Positions 24,970 through 34,451 of a stretch of 64,000 nt of DNA are shown here, one piece after another (positions within the stretch are counted from its first letter, which is position 1; the number at the start of each line of letters is the position of its first letter). Origin of the DNA: Amphiscolops sp. MND2022 (Eukaryota); the NCBI GenBank assembly GCA_964187785.1, contig OZ076413.1, positions 47,494,001 to 47,558,000 of the forward strand, in the 5' to 3' direction. Below the pieces are notes generated by a model that was not told the DNA's origin, did no database searches, and saw only the letters and a program-made list of their open reading frames with translations. A program made the translations under genes and the position numbers.

Positions 24970-27503
24970 ATGAATTTAGAGTTTTATTCAAGTACTCACA
25001 GCTGAGATTTGAGATCTTACTCAATTGATTTCAGAGATTACTTCTACTGATATTTAAACCCTATTTTAGTGAGTTTTAGGTTTAATTCTGTTTTGATTTC
25101 ATTATCACTAGTTTTGTTACTTTTCCTTGCCAATATTTAGATCTTTGCAAGGTCTTTCTTTTGTGTTGGCCATTCCAATGCGATTTCCTCGGAAAAATGC
25201 CTGTCTTGATGTTATCTTATCATAGCAACTTTAGTAAATATGCAAGATCTCACCCAAGATTGTTCTAAGATCTTCTAGAGATCAGACGGCAGTAGGGGCT
25301 TCTTAAAATTGGAAACATGGAGAATTACATGTTCTTGAAATAAACTTCATCTGTCGGTTTTTTGAGCTTCAAATTACAAATTTGGTTTCTTTTTCTTCAT
25401 TTTTTGATGTTTGTATATGGTACAAAAAAGCACCATGTGCGTTCATGTAATCTTTTTGAACCATCCCTCTCATTCAATCTACTTTTGTTCTGTGGACGAC
25501 GAATTTTGCTTTCTGGTGTCATTAATGATGTAAGAGTTACGTAAGAGTTGCTACAACAAAACACAATGAGAGCAGTCAACAACTGGGAAACCTCTTGACG
25601 GCCGTCCCTCCATTTTGCACTTGTTTGTTCTCCATACACCGATGTACATCGATGCCCATTGTCATGTTATCCATGAATGTTGTCTGTGCATTCAAAGTTC
25701 ATTCAAAGCTCCTTCAGAATCCTCGTGGATTCGTATTTGGTATTCACATGACATAATGGATAGTCAACGGTCATAATGCGCTTCATACAAGAGTAAACTT
25801 CCATTAAACAAGCCATGTCAATCTTGAGAGAATGCATCAAACGGGAATGGCAAAACAATTGATTTTTAAGCAGGATAAAACTGACTTGAAAAATACCGAA
25901 TTCATTAACAATTTTGACGGGTAACTTATTTGGCGTGCTGTTCAAATCGAAAAGCAAGGGCCAGTTTTTAGTACGGAAACTATCATTGTATGGAGAGGTA
26001 TCAATGTAAACAAAGAGGTCTAGATTGAGATAAAAACCTACGAGCTATAAATCTCTCACAGTAATGTATTTCAAGATTTTTTTTCTCGAGGATCTAGCTG
26101 GATCTGATGCATCTAACATGTTCAAGCTGAGAACATTCTCAGCTTCGATGCAAGTAGCAGCAAGCCTAAATGTCCTTACGGTCTGATTGCTCATTCAACA
26201 AAGAATCAGATGTTTTTTTCCACCGGATTACAGAGATTCTTACTAAAGTTTCTTGAACGTTGAAGGACAGACATAATAATTTGTTTTATTGAGGACAGAC
26301 ATAATAATTGGTTTTATTATTATTATTAAAAAAGTATTGCACTAGCAAATGATTTTATGATGTCAGTCAGAAAAATTAACCAAGTTGAAAAAGCGCGAAA
26401 GTCTTACACGTTTTTGTAGGTTGCCAAGCAAACTCATTAGGATGCTGGGAACTTCTTGGTGAATTTTCATGCTCCAAATTTTCATCATGTGTTTCTAGTT
26501 TTCAGCTGTTTGTCCGGATGTCCACACAAGTAGACAAGTTTTTCAGAACAGCATTAAAATGTAGTAGAGAGGACTGTATTTGAAGACACTGCAGTTTGAC
26601 GTAAACAAAATATAGAGGCAGATAAGTTCGTCCAACTGGAAAGTTTTTCCAACGGAAATAATAATCATTCATCACTTTTTGGCTTTGGTAAAAAACTGGT
26701 ACAGCAGGTTCATGAGACTCTGAGAGGGAAAAATCTGAAATTTTTATTGGAAACGTTTTTTTTCTCAAAGATTTCAGACCCAAACATCACATCAGGACAC
26801 AAAAAGAGTTTTTGAACTAATGAGGAGTTTCCTTTTTTCCTCTTTCAGGTCATAACCGAGTAGCAGTTGGAATTGCGTGGCAGCTTGCACGAAACCAGCA
26901 CGAATCAATCAAGCTGGTGCGGTCTTCTTTCATCTTCGGAGGATTCATGGGAATTTTGGGAAGCTACTTATATTGAATTTTTGATTTTTAAAATGAATGT
27001 TTCTACTCTATTTTTCGGTATTTATTTTTTCATGGCTCTTTCAGATCTAGCTAGTGGTTTTTTGATTCCAATTGAACTGACGGGTTTTATGGATAGTTCT
27101 ATCATTTTTTTGTAAAAACTCTCATCAATCTCACTGTGCCAGAAATACCCAAAACAGCAAACTTCAAACTAAAAAATAGTTTTCCACAATTGAAATATTG
27201 TTTAAAAAATTAAATAACAGAGGACAAAGAGGACCCTTTGACTTAGTCTAGCTTTGAAAACATTTGGAAAATTGAACCCAAAGATTCGAACCTGTTATAT
27301 CTTGCTTGCGAAGACTATAGCGCTATAGTTTGCAGTTTGCTGTTTTGAATATTTTTGGCGCAGTGAGATTGATAATAGGTTTTTCCGATACTTTTTCGTG
27401 AGCTTTTTGCCAAGTTGTGGTATAGATCTTGGTTAGCTGAATGAAGTTGCATTATTAAACAAGACGCCCCCTAAGCACCGGGATATTGTCCGCTAAAGAT
27501 GTA

Positions 27504-27570
27504 GCGCATTAGCACGGGTTCGAACCCACAACCTCGTGTTTGCCAGGCAGACGCACTACCAACTGCCCAA
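27504..27570 (-). repeat. tRNA-derived (SINE-like) fragment, not a functional tRNA
   Basis: Minus strand GGCAGTTGGTAGTGCGTCTGCCTGGCAAACACGAGGTTGTGGGTTCGAACCC has A-box-like and B-box (GGTTCGAACCC) motifs at tRNA spacing, but the anticodon and acceptor stems do not pair. Confidence 0.55.
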
Positions 27571-27898
27571 TTTTTTGACTTGAAATAACTTACTAAATGG
27601 AGTAACAATTAACTAAAGTATTCAAGTAACTAAAATAGTCAAGTGGATGGAGATCGTGGAGATTTGGCAGAATTTGGAAAAAAAACGCAACACAGATTTT
27701 AATTTTCCTTCCCTACACAATAAATTGTGGGGGGCGGAAAGTAAAAAAAGATTGAACAATCAACTCAAACATCTGTTCCAGTTCCGACACAATCGCCAAA
27801 AAGTGTGCACTTCTAAACCACAACCTGGAGTGATTTGAACATTTTGCACTTAAATATGTCAAACAAACAAAACAGAAGGAAAGTCTCGAAATTCTAAC

Positions 27899-28099
27899 CA
27901 ATTGGAATCCAATATGGCGCTCGTGGTCGTGTCTTGTGAGAAATGTCGCAATGGCGGCCTGGCTAGGGATCAAAGGGATGCGCCAAGTGGCCCTCACTTC
28001 GATAGTGGCCGCAAACTGTTGCTGTTTTGTGTCGACATGACCTATTTTGTGGAACTTGATGTAGATCTTGGTCTCGTAAATTGGCTCGTCGTCCTCCAT
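27899..28099 (-). CDS. probable first coding exon of the Cys-less pentameric ligand-gated ion channel subunit (beta1-beta2 region)
   Basis: ATG in AGAATGG context with an in-frame TAA 30 nt upstream. Encodes MEDDEPIYETKIYIKFHKIGHVDTKQQQFAATIEVRATWRIPLIPSQAAIATFLTRHDHERHIGFQL; I-x2-VD-x3-Q-x-F-x9-W-x2-P matches the pLGIC beta1-beta2 pattern. GC-rich codons against an AT-rich background. The phase-0 donor TTG|GTTAGA is compatible with the exon at 12265. Confidence 0.72.
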
Positions 28100-28584
28100 T
28101 CTCAGACAGCCCAAAGCTTCGTGTAGTTATAATCTGTTCACACTTTTATAGTTATGACTTCCCATAATTCCAATAGTTGTGCTGACGTGGACAGAACATT
28201 TAACATAGAATATAGTTTTTTTGAGTATGATAAGGGAACCAAGAGCCTGTAGAATGTTTTCAGAAAAGAGTTTCATAGTCCAGTGATAAAAATTAGATGA
28301 TAGTGAAAAAATTCTAGTAGTTTTATTTTTTATAATATTAAAATGATTGAGTGAAGCTGAGACTGAAAAATGGTTTTAACTATAGTGAATTTTTCTGGAT
28401 TCGTTCAAAAAATATATTGAACAAACCATAAGCAATAAAACCTTAAATTGGTGTCAAATTTTTGAACATTGATAGGTATTCAAATTTTATCCTGAAAAAA
28501 ACACTTGATGACAATGGATAACAACGGATGACAACGAATCCACTGAATAACATGCAAGGCTCAAAAGATTAGTGATCGCGTTTA

Positions 28585-28775
28585 TGTTATAGACTCGATA
28601 AGAGATTAAGGTAGGATGCTCAAGTTAGGATTAAGAAGTAACGATACAATGTATAGATTAACTGTATTCGAACTAAAAGTTAGCATCGACTGAATAGTAC
28701 AAACTAGTGTCCTTTAAAGTTCGTGACAGGTGTTTAGTAACACTGTCTAGACTGATCGGAGCACTCTCCTCTACA
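28585..28775 (-). repeat. 3' LTR (191 bp)
   Basis: Base-for-base identical to 34261-34451 on visual comparison. Confidence 0.97.
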
Positions 28776-28788
28776 CTCCCCCCTCCTC
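28776..28788 (-). promoter_or_regulatory. polypurine tract
   Basis: Minus strand GAGGAGGGGGGAG directly before the 3' LTR TG. Confidence 0.9.
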
Positions 28789-28912
28789 GGGCTTTAGGGT
28801 TTTCTTCTGTCCATCAGGCTTCGGGGTGTCGGATGGTTGTGGGCTGTTGCGAGTAAAGTGGATCACTTTTTTCTGCTGTTGTTGCTTTGGATCTGGAATT
28901 ATTTTAAGTTTG

Positions 28913-31900
28913 TTAAAAGTATTCGATCCCGCCCATTTTTACGACCCTCTTAGCTGTTTTAATTCTATTTGATCTACGTATCCCCCCATCTCCCTCTATG
29001 TTCTCTATATTTTCCCCCCTTTCTAAGCCAAAATCTACTAAACCTCTCTTGGCTGGGCTGTTTGTTTTGTTGGGAGATCCGGTGGGGGTACCGTCACGTC
29101 CTGCTGTTTTTCGTTTCGGGGCTCGTTCGGTGCTGCAACCGATCGGCGAAGAAATTACAAGGGTATCCGTGGCCTTTTGTTCCTCCGGCTGTCCGTTGGC
29201 ATACCTTATGTCCGCGGTTACGGTCAGCTCGGGATCAATATTTGCCGTGGACGGTAACTCCTCGGTATGGTCTGACTGGCTGTCGGTTGATATCGTGGTG
29301 ATGTCTGGTATTATCTTTGGTCGTTCAGCCGGCATTGTTGGGAAAGTCATGGCCGATGTTGCCTTTTTTTGGTCATCTTGTTTGTGGTACAGCCGTTTGT
29401 GGGTGTCACATAGGTCTCCATTGCTGAAGCGGCCGCACCTTTTGCATCTCGTTGTTGGTTTCCGTGTTTCATCTGGCTTCTTTGATGGCTGAAATTTTAG
29501 AGGTTTAGATGCCAATTTCTTATGAATTAGTTTTCCCTCAGTTGTTGTTATGGTGTGTTTAGTTTCTTTGGCTGCGGTTAAAATTTTATCGGTTTTGAAC
29601 CGGCATTTCATTGCATTTGGCTTGGTTTCTTTTTCAAAAAATTTATAGTTTTTAAAATCACCGCTTACCGATCTACCCCTCTTCCTCGACTCGTTCAGGA
29701 CCAGATAGTCGGCCAGTTCCCCATCTGAGTCTTGTATGGTGTAGACTTGTAATTCTGCAGGTTGGGCTAAAATGTAGTTAGTTAGTGTTTTCTTCCAGTC
29801 AGTTAATAGGCAGGTGGGCTGTCCAATTAGATTTGTTATTGGTGTGCGCGGTTTACGGCCGTAATGTAATTGGAAAGGCGTCATTTTAAGTGTGCTATGC
29901 ACGGTTTGTCTAATTGTTTTAATTGCTCTTGTGACGCTTTCTTCAAAAGTTAAGCCGTCTTCCAAGTTGGCTCTGGTCAGTGATTTGATTGTGCGTATGG
30001 TTCTTTCAACCAATCCGGTTCCTGTGTGTAAATTTGGAGTACTGCGTATCCTTTTTATATTTTCGCCTTTGCAGTAAATTTTAAACTCTTGGCTTTTGAA
30101 ACAACTGCCGTTATCGGTACGTATTGTTTTCGGTGTTCCGTTGTCGGCACAATATTTTGTTAAAAACTTTATTACGGTCCGAGAGTCCGTTCTCTTACAA
30201 ATTTGGGCCGTCGGCCATTTGCTAAAACGGTCGACCGCGACTAAAATGTAAACGTCTCCGCGTGATTTCGATTTTATCGGACCCGCAAAATCTAGTTGGA
30301 TTTCCTGGCCCGGTTCGGTTAAAATTTCGAGTCTATTTACCTCCGTTTGCGGAATTTGTGTTTTTAGATTCTTACCTGCTGTTCGGCAACTCGGGCAGGT
30401 CTCCGCCTTTTCTCTGATTTCACGGTGTAGTCCGGGCCACCAGAACGCCTCTGCTGATTTGTCCATCTTTGTGACGGATACGTGGCCGCTGTGTAGCATC
30501 GCTATGATTGTTGAGCGCATTGTCTCCGGAATAACGATTCGATCGTTGTAGAAGAGCAGCCCGAATCGTGTCCCTAAATGCTCTCGGTGGGGGCGGTAAG
30601 GATAGAATAGATCTTCCGCTCTGCCGGCCTCCAGTGCAATTATGGCGTCCAATATCTTCGTATCTTGTGCCGTCTCTTCGACCAGCAGTGGCAAATCTAA
30701 TGCGAAGTCCTTTTCTGCTCTCCGAATTGTTTCGGCTGTCTTTTGGTTCCTGTCTTCGGGTAGTGTATTTAATTTTGCGGTCTGTTTCAGCCGGATCAAG
30801 TTTACACTTTCGTGTCTTTTGAACTTTTTCAGGACACTGATTGGGCATTTCTCGGTTTTCAGATGGCTAACGTGGCTCTCGTTGTCTGAGGGGTTGCTGA
30901 TCCAGGACTCGTGCACATTTTCGTTAAACTCCTTCAGTGGTGTTGTCCCGATGGTTTCACAGTAATTGAAAAATCGATTGTATATCAGGATATTTATCCT
31001 CTCGATTTCTTTTCTCTCTTGTTGCGTCGGGCGGTAGTCCTGGATTCGTTCGTTCTCGCTACCTTTGCCTACAATCCGGGTTTTATTTGGCTGCAACAAT
31101 TTTAGCCTCTCCGTCCTCAGTCTGCCGGTTTCCGGGGAATGTCCGCGTTTTTTGAAGATGAATTGTAAATCAATTCCATTAACTTTTTCCAATTTAGACA
31201 TTTCAGTTAATTTGGATAAGTGTTTTGAATTGTCAATTAATTCGGTGTTATCTGACGATGAGAAAGTTTGATCTGACCGTTCGCGGCTGTTCTGTTCACG
31301 TGTTCGCGCGCGGCATTGTGATTGGCCGGAATTCGTTGCCGAGTGTGGTCGTTTGATGTATTGCGTAATACTGCCGTTCGTTCGGTTAAACTCAAATAAG
31401 CCGTATATCTGATTGATTACGAACTCCTCTTCGGCTTCTTTTTCTTCGTTTGCGTTAAGTTCTTCCGTTCCGAGTTCGTTGACAATTGGATGTCGGCTCA
31501 GATAATCCGTCAATGGGATGTTTTTACCGGCTGTATACTGCACATTCACATCGAAATGGCTTAGTCGGTCTAACCATCTAGTAAGTCTTGCGCTGTATTG
31601 TTTATGCGCTCTATTTCGTTTCAATAATGGTTGTAGTGCTTGGTGATCGGTCAAGAGGTTTATCCGTTTGCCGTATACGTAATATCGGAAGTACTCGAGG
31701 CCCCAGAGTACGCCTAGTAATTCTAGCTCATTTATGGCGTATTTTCTCTCACAGTCGGTGAGGAATCGACTTGCGAACGCGACCGGTCTAAACGCCCCGT
31801 TTTCTTTTTGCCATAGGGTTGCCCCTAGTCCGGTGTTACAAGCGTCTGTTGTTATAAAATTGTCCTTCTTCGGATCAAAATGTGCTAGACACGGTGCTTC

Positions 31901-34222
31901 AGTTATTTCTTTCTTTAGCTGTTCGAAATCGTCATTTATCTCTTTTGTCCATTCCCATTTTACGTCTTTCTTGAGTAGTTTTCGCATTCGATCGGTCTTT
32001 TTCGACAAGTTATTTAAAAATTTTGACAGATGTTGTATTGAGCCAAGGAATGATTTCAATTCTTTTGTGTTCGTGGGAGCTTTTAACTTTGTGATCGCAT
32101 CAGTTTTATCCTGGATTGGTTTTACTCCGTTCTGATTTATCAAGTATCCCAACCAGGTTAGCTCTTTTTTGAACAGTTCTGTTTTTCTTTCGCTCGCTCG
32201 GTAGCCGGCTTCTTGTAGTTTTGTTAACACTTCGCGCAATTCCCGTTCATGTTCTTCTATTGTTCCGTTTGTGACGCAAATGATGTCATCTAACCATACC
32301 GGTGTCTTAAACTCTAAGACCTTATCTATGTGTTCTTGAAACACCGTTGGAATGTCCGCGAGTCCAAAAAAACCTTTCTTGAACCGGTAGTGTCCGGTGA
32401 ATTCTCCACCAATGATGGAGAATACGCAGTGTCTCGACGCTTCGGCGGATAACTTGGCTTGTCCGTACGCATAATCTAAATCGATTTTGGACATCCAAAT
32501 TTCGCCGTCGCTTTGTGTGATTTTCGCGGAAATTTGACTGATTAATTCCTCCATGTTGGGCATGGTTGCTTTTCGTTTTATACACGATTCGTTCAATTTC
32601 CGGGAGTCTAACGCGATTTTCACTGATTTATCTTTTTTAATTGTTATAACCGCCGGTGAAACGAAACAATTTTCAATTGTCTTGTCTGCTTTTTCAGTTG
32701 TCTTGTCTGCTTTTTCTAGGTGCCCCTTTTCGATGAGTTTATCCAGTTCATTTTTCACTATTTTTTGAAAATGTATTGGCACCGGTCTTCCCTTTTGTTG
32801 TATCGGTTTTGCGTCTTTTTTCAATTGAATTTCTATAGTTAGATCTTTTATCGTGTGATTTGTTTTGAAAAGCTTTCCGAAATCTTCAAAGATTCTCTCA
32901 CCTTTACCGTTTGTGGATATGTTTCTGATGATATTTGTTTCTCGGCTCCCCTGTAACCCAATTTCCAGTTTGTCGAGCCAGTCCAATCCCAGTAAGGGTT
33001 GTGTATTCTTCTTCTCCGTAATTAGTATGGGCAATGTCACTTGTGTTTTCTCGGTCTTGACCTCAACCATCGCCTCGCCTCTAAATTTGATGGGATTTTT
33101 ATTTACGTCTACGAAGCATTTTGTGGTTTGTTTAATCCCTTCTGGATTAATAATCGGTGGAATTATCGTCACGGGTGAGCCGGTATCAATGACAAATTCT
33201 ATTGGCTGCCCCTCCACCAATAGGATTGCTTTGTAGAAATCTACGCGGTTTATTCCGTTCACGGATTGAATATGGTCGATTTCTGGCCATGATTCCGTGC
33301 TGCCGTCCGTTTCTTCTTCGTGTACCAAATTCACGGTCTTTGATCGGCAAACCTTGGCAAAGTGTCCGGATTTCCTGCAGTTATTGCATTTAGCTTTCCG
33401 TGCCGGGCAAATGTGCTCGGGTGTCCAGTTTGACTTTCCGCAAAAGTGACAATTTTGTTCTGAATTCTTCTTCTTACCGGTGAATGTGTTTTTTCGTTTC
33501 GCTGCCGGTTTGGTGTATCCGACTTGTTCGTCTTCGGATGTATTTTCTGAAGAATTCTTTCGTTGTCTCTTGGAATGTGATGGCTTGTCCCCGTATTTAC
33601 GATTGTAGTTGTCTAGTTCGATCGTCTCCAATACCAGTTGCAGTTTCAGGGGGCCTTTGATGAATTTATCACGGGCTTTTTTGTCATTTATGGATGCTGC
33701 AAATTTGTAGGTAATTATGTCTTCGGGTGTGATGTTACCGAATTCGCGCTTTCTCTCTATGTCTACTAATTTCTTCCAGTACTCGTCCAGTGTTTCGCCC
33801 TCTTCTTGTTTAATGTTAAAGAATTGGGCCCGGCTATGAAATATGTTTCTTGCGGGTAGGAAGGTCTTTTTGAACAGTTTCAGCAGTTCTTGTAGACTGA
33901 TGTCCTTGAGCTCTTTTCCCCATTGGCCCCTCATGATCTCGTGTTTTGCCTTCGGGCCCAGAGCCCATATGACATCGCCTTTGATGTGGTATGTTGTATG
34001 TGGATCGATGGAGTCGGTTCCGTTTTCTAGTAATTCTTCCAGTTTCTTTTGGTATGTTAGGTCTATGTATTCTGATATTTGTTCCCACCACATCTTGGGG
34101 TTTGCTTTCGATAGATCGGTTTCTCTATCTGATAGGATTGGAATTTTGTATTTGTTTTTCTCAGTCCTCTCGACTGTCGTTTGATTGACCGCTGTTGGGT
34201 CGGATCCACTGGTGTTTTCCAT
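28913..34222 (-). CDS. Ty3/Gypsy gag-pol polyprotein, 1769 aa
   Basis: Zn knuckles CHFCGKSNWTPEHIC and CNNCRKSGHFAKVC; protease FVIDTGS; RT SKIDLDYAYGQ, FGLADIPTVFQ, WLDD; RNase H TTDACNTGLG, YAINELELL, LTDHQAL, DYLSR; integrase HSGH...CPSC, LDFAGP, RTDNG, GLVER. Domain order PR-RT-RH-IN. Confidence 0.97.
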   Translation of the reverse strand: MENTSGSDPTAVNQTTVERTEKNKYKIPILSDRETDLSKANPKMWWEQISEYIDLTYQKKLEELLENGTDSIDPHTTYHIKGDVIWALGPKAKHEIMRGQWGKELKDISLQELLKLFKKTFLPARNIFHSRAQFFNIKQEEGETLDEYWKKLVDIERKREFGNITPEDIITYKFAASINDKKARDKFIKGPLKLQLVLETIELDNYNRKYGDKPSHSKRQRKNSSENTSEDEQVGYTKPAAKRKNTFTGKKKNSEQNCHFCGKSNWTPEHICPARKAKCNNCRKSGHFAKVCRSKTVNLVHEEETDGSTESWPEIDHIQSVNGINRVDFYKAILLVEGQPIEFVIDTGSPVTIIPPIINPEGIKQTTKCFVDVNKNPIKFRGEAMVEVKTEKTQVTLPILITEKKNTQPLLGLDWLDKLEIGLQGSRETNIIRNISTNGKGERIFEDFGKLFKTNHTIKDLTIEIQLKKDAKPIQQKGRPVPIHFQKIVKNELDKLIEKGHLEKADKTTEKADKTIENCFVSPAVITIKKDKSVKIALDSRKLNESCIKRKATMPNMEELISQISAKITQSDGEIWMSKIDLDYAYGQAKLSAEASRHCVFSIIGGEFTGHYRFKKGFFGLADIPTVFQEHIDKVLEFKTPVWLDDIICVTNGTIEEHERELREVLTKLQEAGYRASERKTELFKKELTWLGYLINQNGVKPIQDKTDAITKLKAPTNTKELKSFLGSIQHLSKFLNNLSKKTDRMRKLLKKDVKWEWTKEINDDFEQLKKEITEAPCLAHFDPKKDNFITTDACNTGLGATLWQKENGAFRPVAFASRFLTDCERKYAINELELLGVLWGLEYFRYYVYGKRINLLTDHQALQPLLKRNRAHKQYSARLTRWLDRLSHFDVNVQYTAGKNIPLTDYLSRHPIVNELGTEELNANEEKEAEEEFVINQIYGLFEFNRTNGSITQYIKRPHSATNSGQSQCRARTREQNSRERSDQTFSSSDNTELIDNSKHLSKLTEMSKLEKVNGIDLQFIFKKRGHSPETGRLRTERLKLLQPNKTRIVGKGSENERIQDYRPTQQERKEIERINILIYNRFFNYCETIGTTPLKEFNENVHESWISNPSDNESHVSHLKTEKCPISVLKKFKRHESVNLIRLKQTAKLNTLPEDRNQKTAETIRRAEKDFALDLPLLVEETAQDTKILDAIIALEAGRAEDLFYPYRPHREHLGTRFGLLFYNDRIVIPETMRSTIIAMLHSGHVSVTKMDKSAEAFWWPGLHREIREKAETCPSCRTAGKNLKTQIPQTEVNRLEILTEPGQEIQLDFAGPIKSKSRGDVYILVAVDRFSKWPTAQICKRTDSRTVIKFLTKYCADNGTPKTIRTDNGSCFKSQEFKIYCKGENIKRIRSTPNLHTGTGLVERTIRTIKSLTRANLEDGLTFEESVTRAIKTIRQTVHSTLKMTPFQLHYGRKPRTPITNLIGQPTCLLTDWKKTLTNYILAQPAELQVYTIQDSDGELADYLVLNESRKRGRSVSGDFKNYKFFEKETKPNAMKCRFKTDKILTAAKETKHTITTTEGKLIHKKLASKPLKFQPSKKPDETRKPTTRCKRCGRFSNGDLCDTHKRLYHKQDDQKKATSAMTFPTMPAERPKIIPDITTISTDSQSDHTEELPSTANIDPELTVTADIRYANGQPEEQKATDTLVISSPIGCSTERAPKRKTAGRDGTPTGSPNKTNSPAKRGLVDFGLERGENIENIEGDGGIRRSNRIKTAKRVVKMGGIEYF

Positions 34223-34246
34223 TGATTCTTCTTCTGGTTCTTTCTT

Positions 34247-34260
34247 CTATGACTGCGCCA
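34247..34260 (-). promoter_or_regulatory. primer binding site, possibly tRNA-Ser
   Basis: Minus strand TGGCGCAGTCATAG directly inside the 5' LTR; complementary to a tRNA ending GACUGCGCCA, which resembles eukaryotic tRNA-Ser 3' ends (tRNA identity inferred). Confidence 0.7.
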
Positions 34261-34451
34261 TGTTATAGACTCGATAAGAGATTAAGGTAGGATGCTCAAG
34301 TTAGGATTAAGAAGTAACGATACAATGTATAGATTAACTGTATTCGAACTAAAAGTTAGCATCGACTGAATAGTACAAACTAGTGTCCTTTAAAGTTCGT
34401 GACAGGTGTTTAGTAACACTGTCTAGACTGATCGGAGCACTCTCCTCTACA
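34261..34451 (-). repeat. 5' LTR (191 bp)
   Basis: Identical to 28585-28775. Confidence 0.97.

Larger units (their letters stand above)
28585..34451 (-). mobile_element. intact, recently inserted Ty3/Gypsy LTR retrotransposon (5867 bp)
   Basis: Identical 191-bp TG...CA LTRs, perfect 5-bp TSD GTTTA (28580-28584 and 34452-34456), PBS, PPT and one uninterrupted gag-pol ORF. Confidence 0.97.

Noticed and set aside
26263..26320. 28-bp tandem duplication (and a 17-bp one at about 40447-40485)
   Set aside because: Real, but ordinary slippage duplications with no sign of function.
27504..27570. Functional tRNA gene
   Set aside because: A and B boxes are present, but the acceptor and anticodon stems cannot pair; treated as a tRNA-derived repeat.
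28969..34188. Plus-strand ORFs antisense to the Gypsy gag-pol (for example 28998-29492 and 32865-33236)
   Set aside because: Shadow ORFs expected opposite a long coding frame; no independent motifs.
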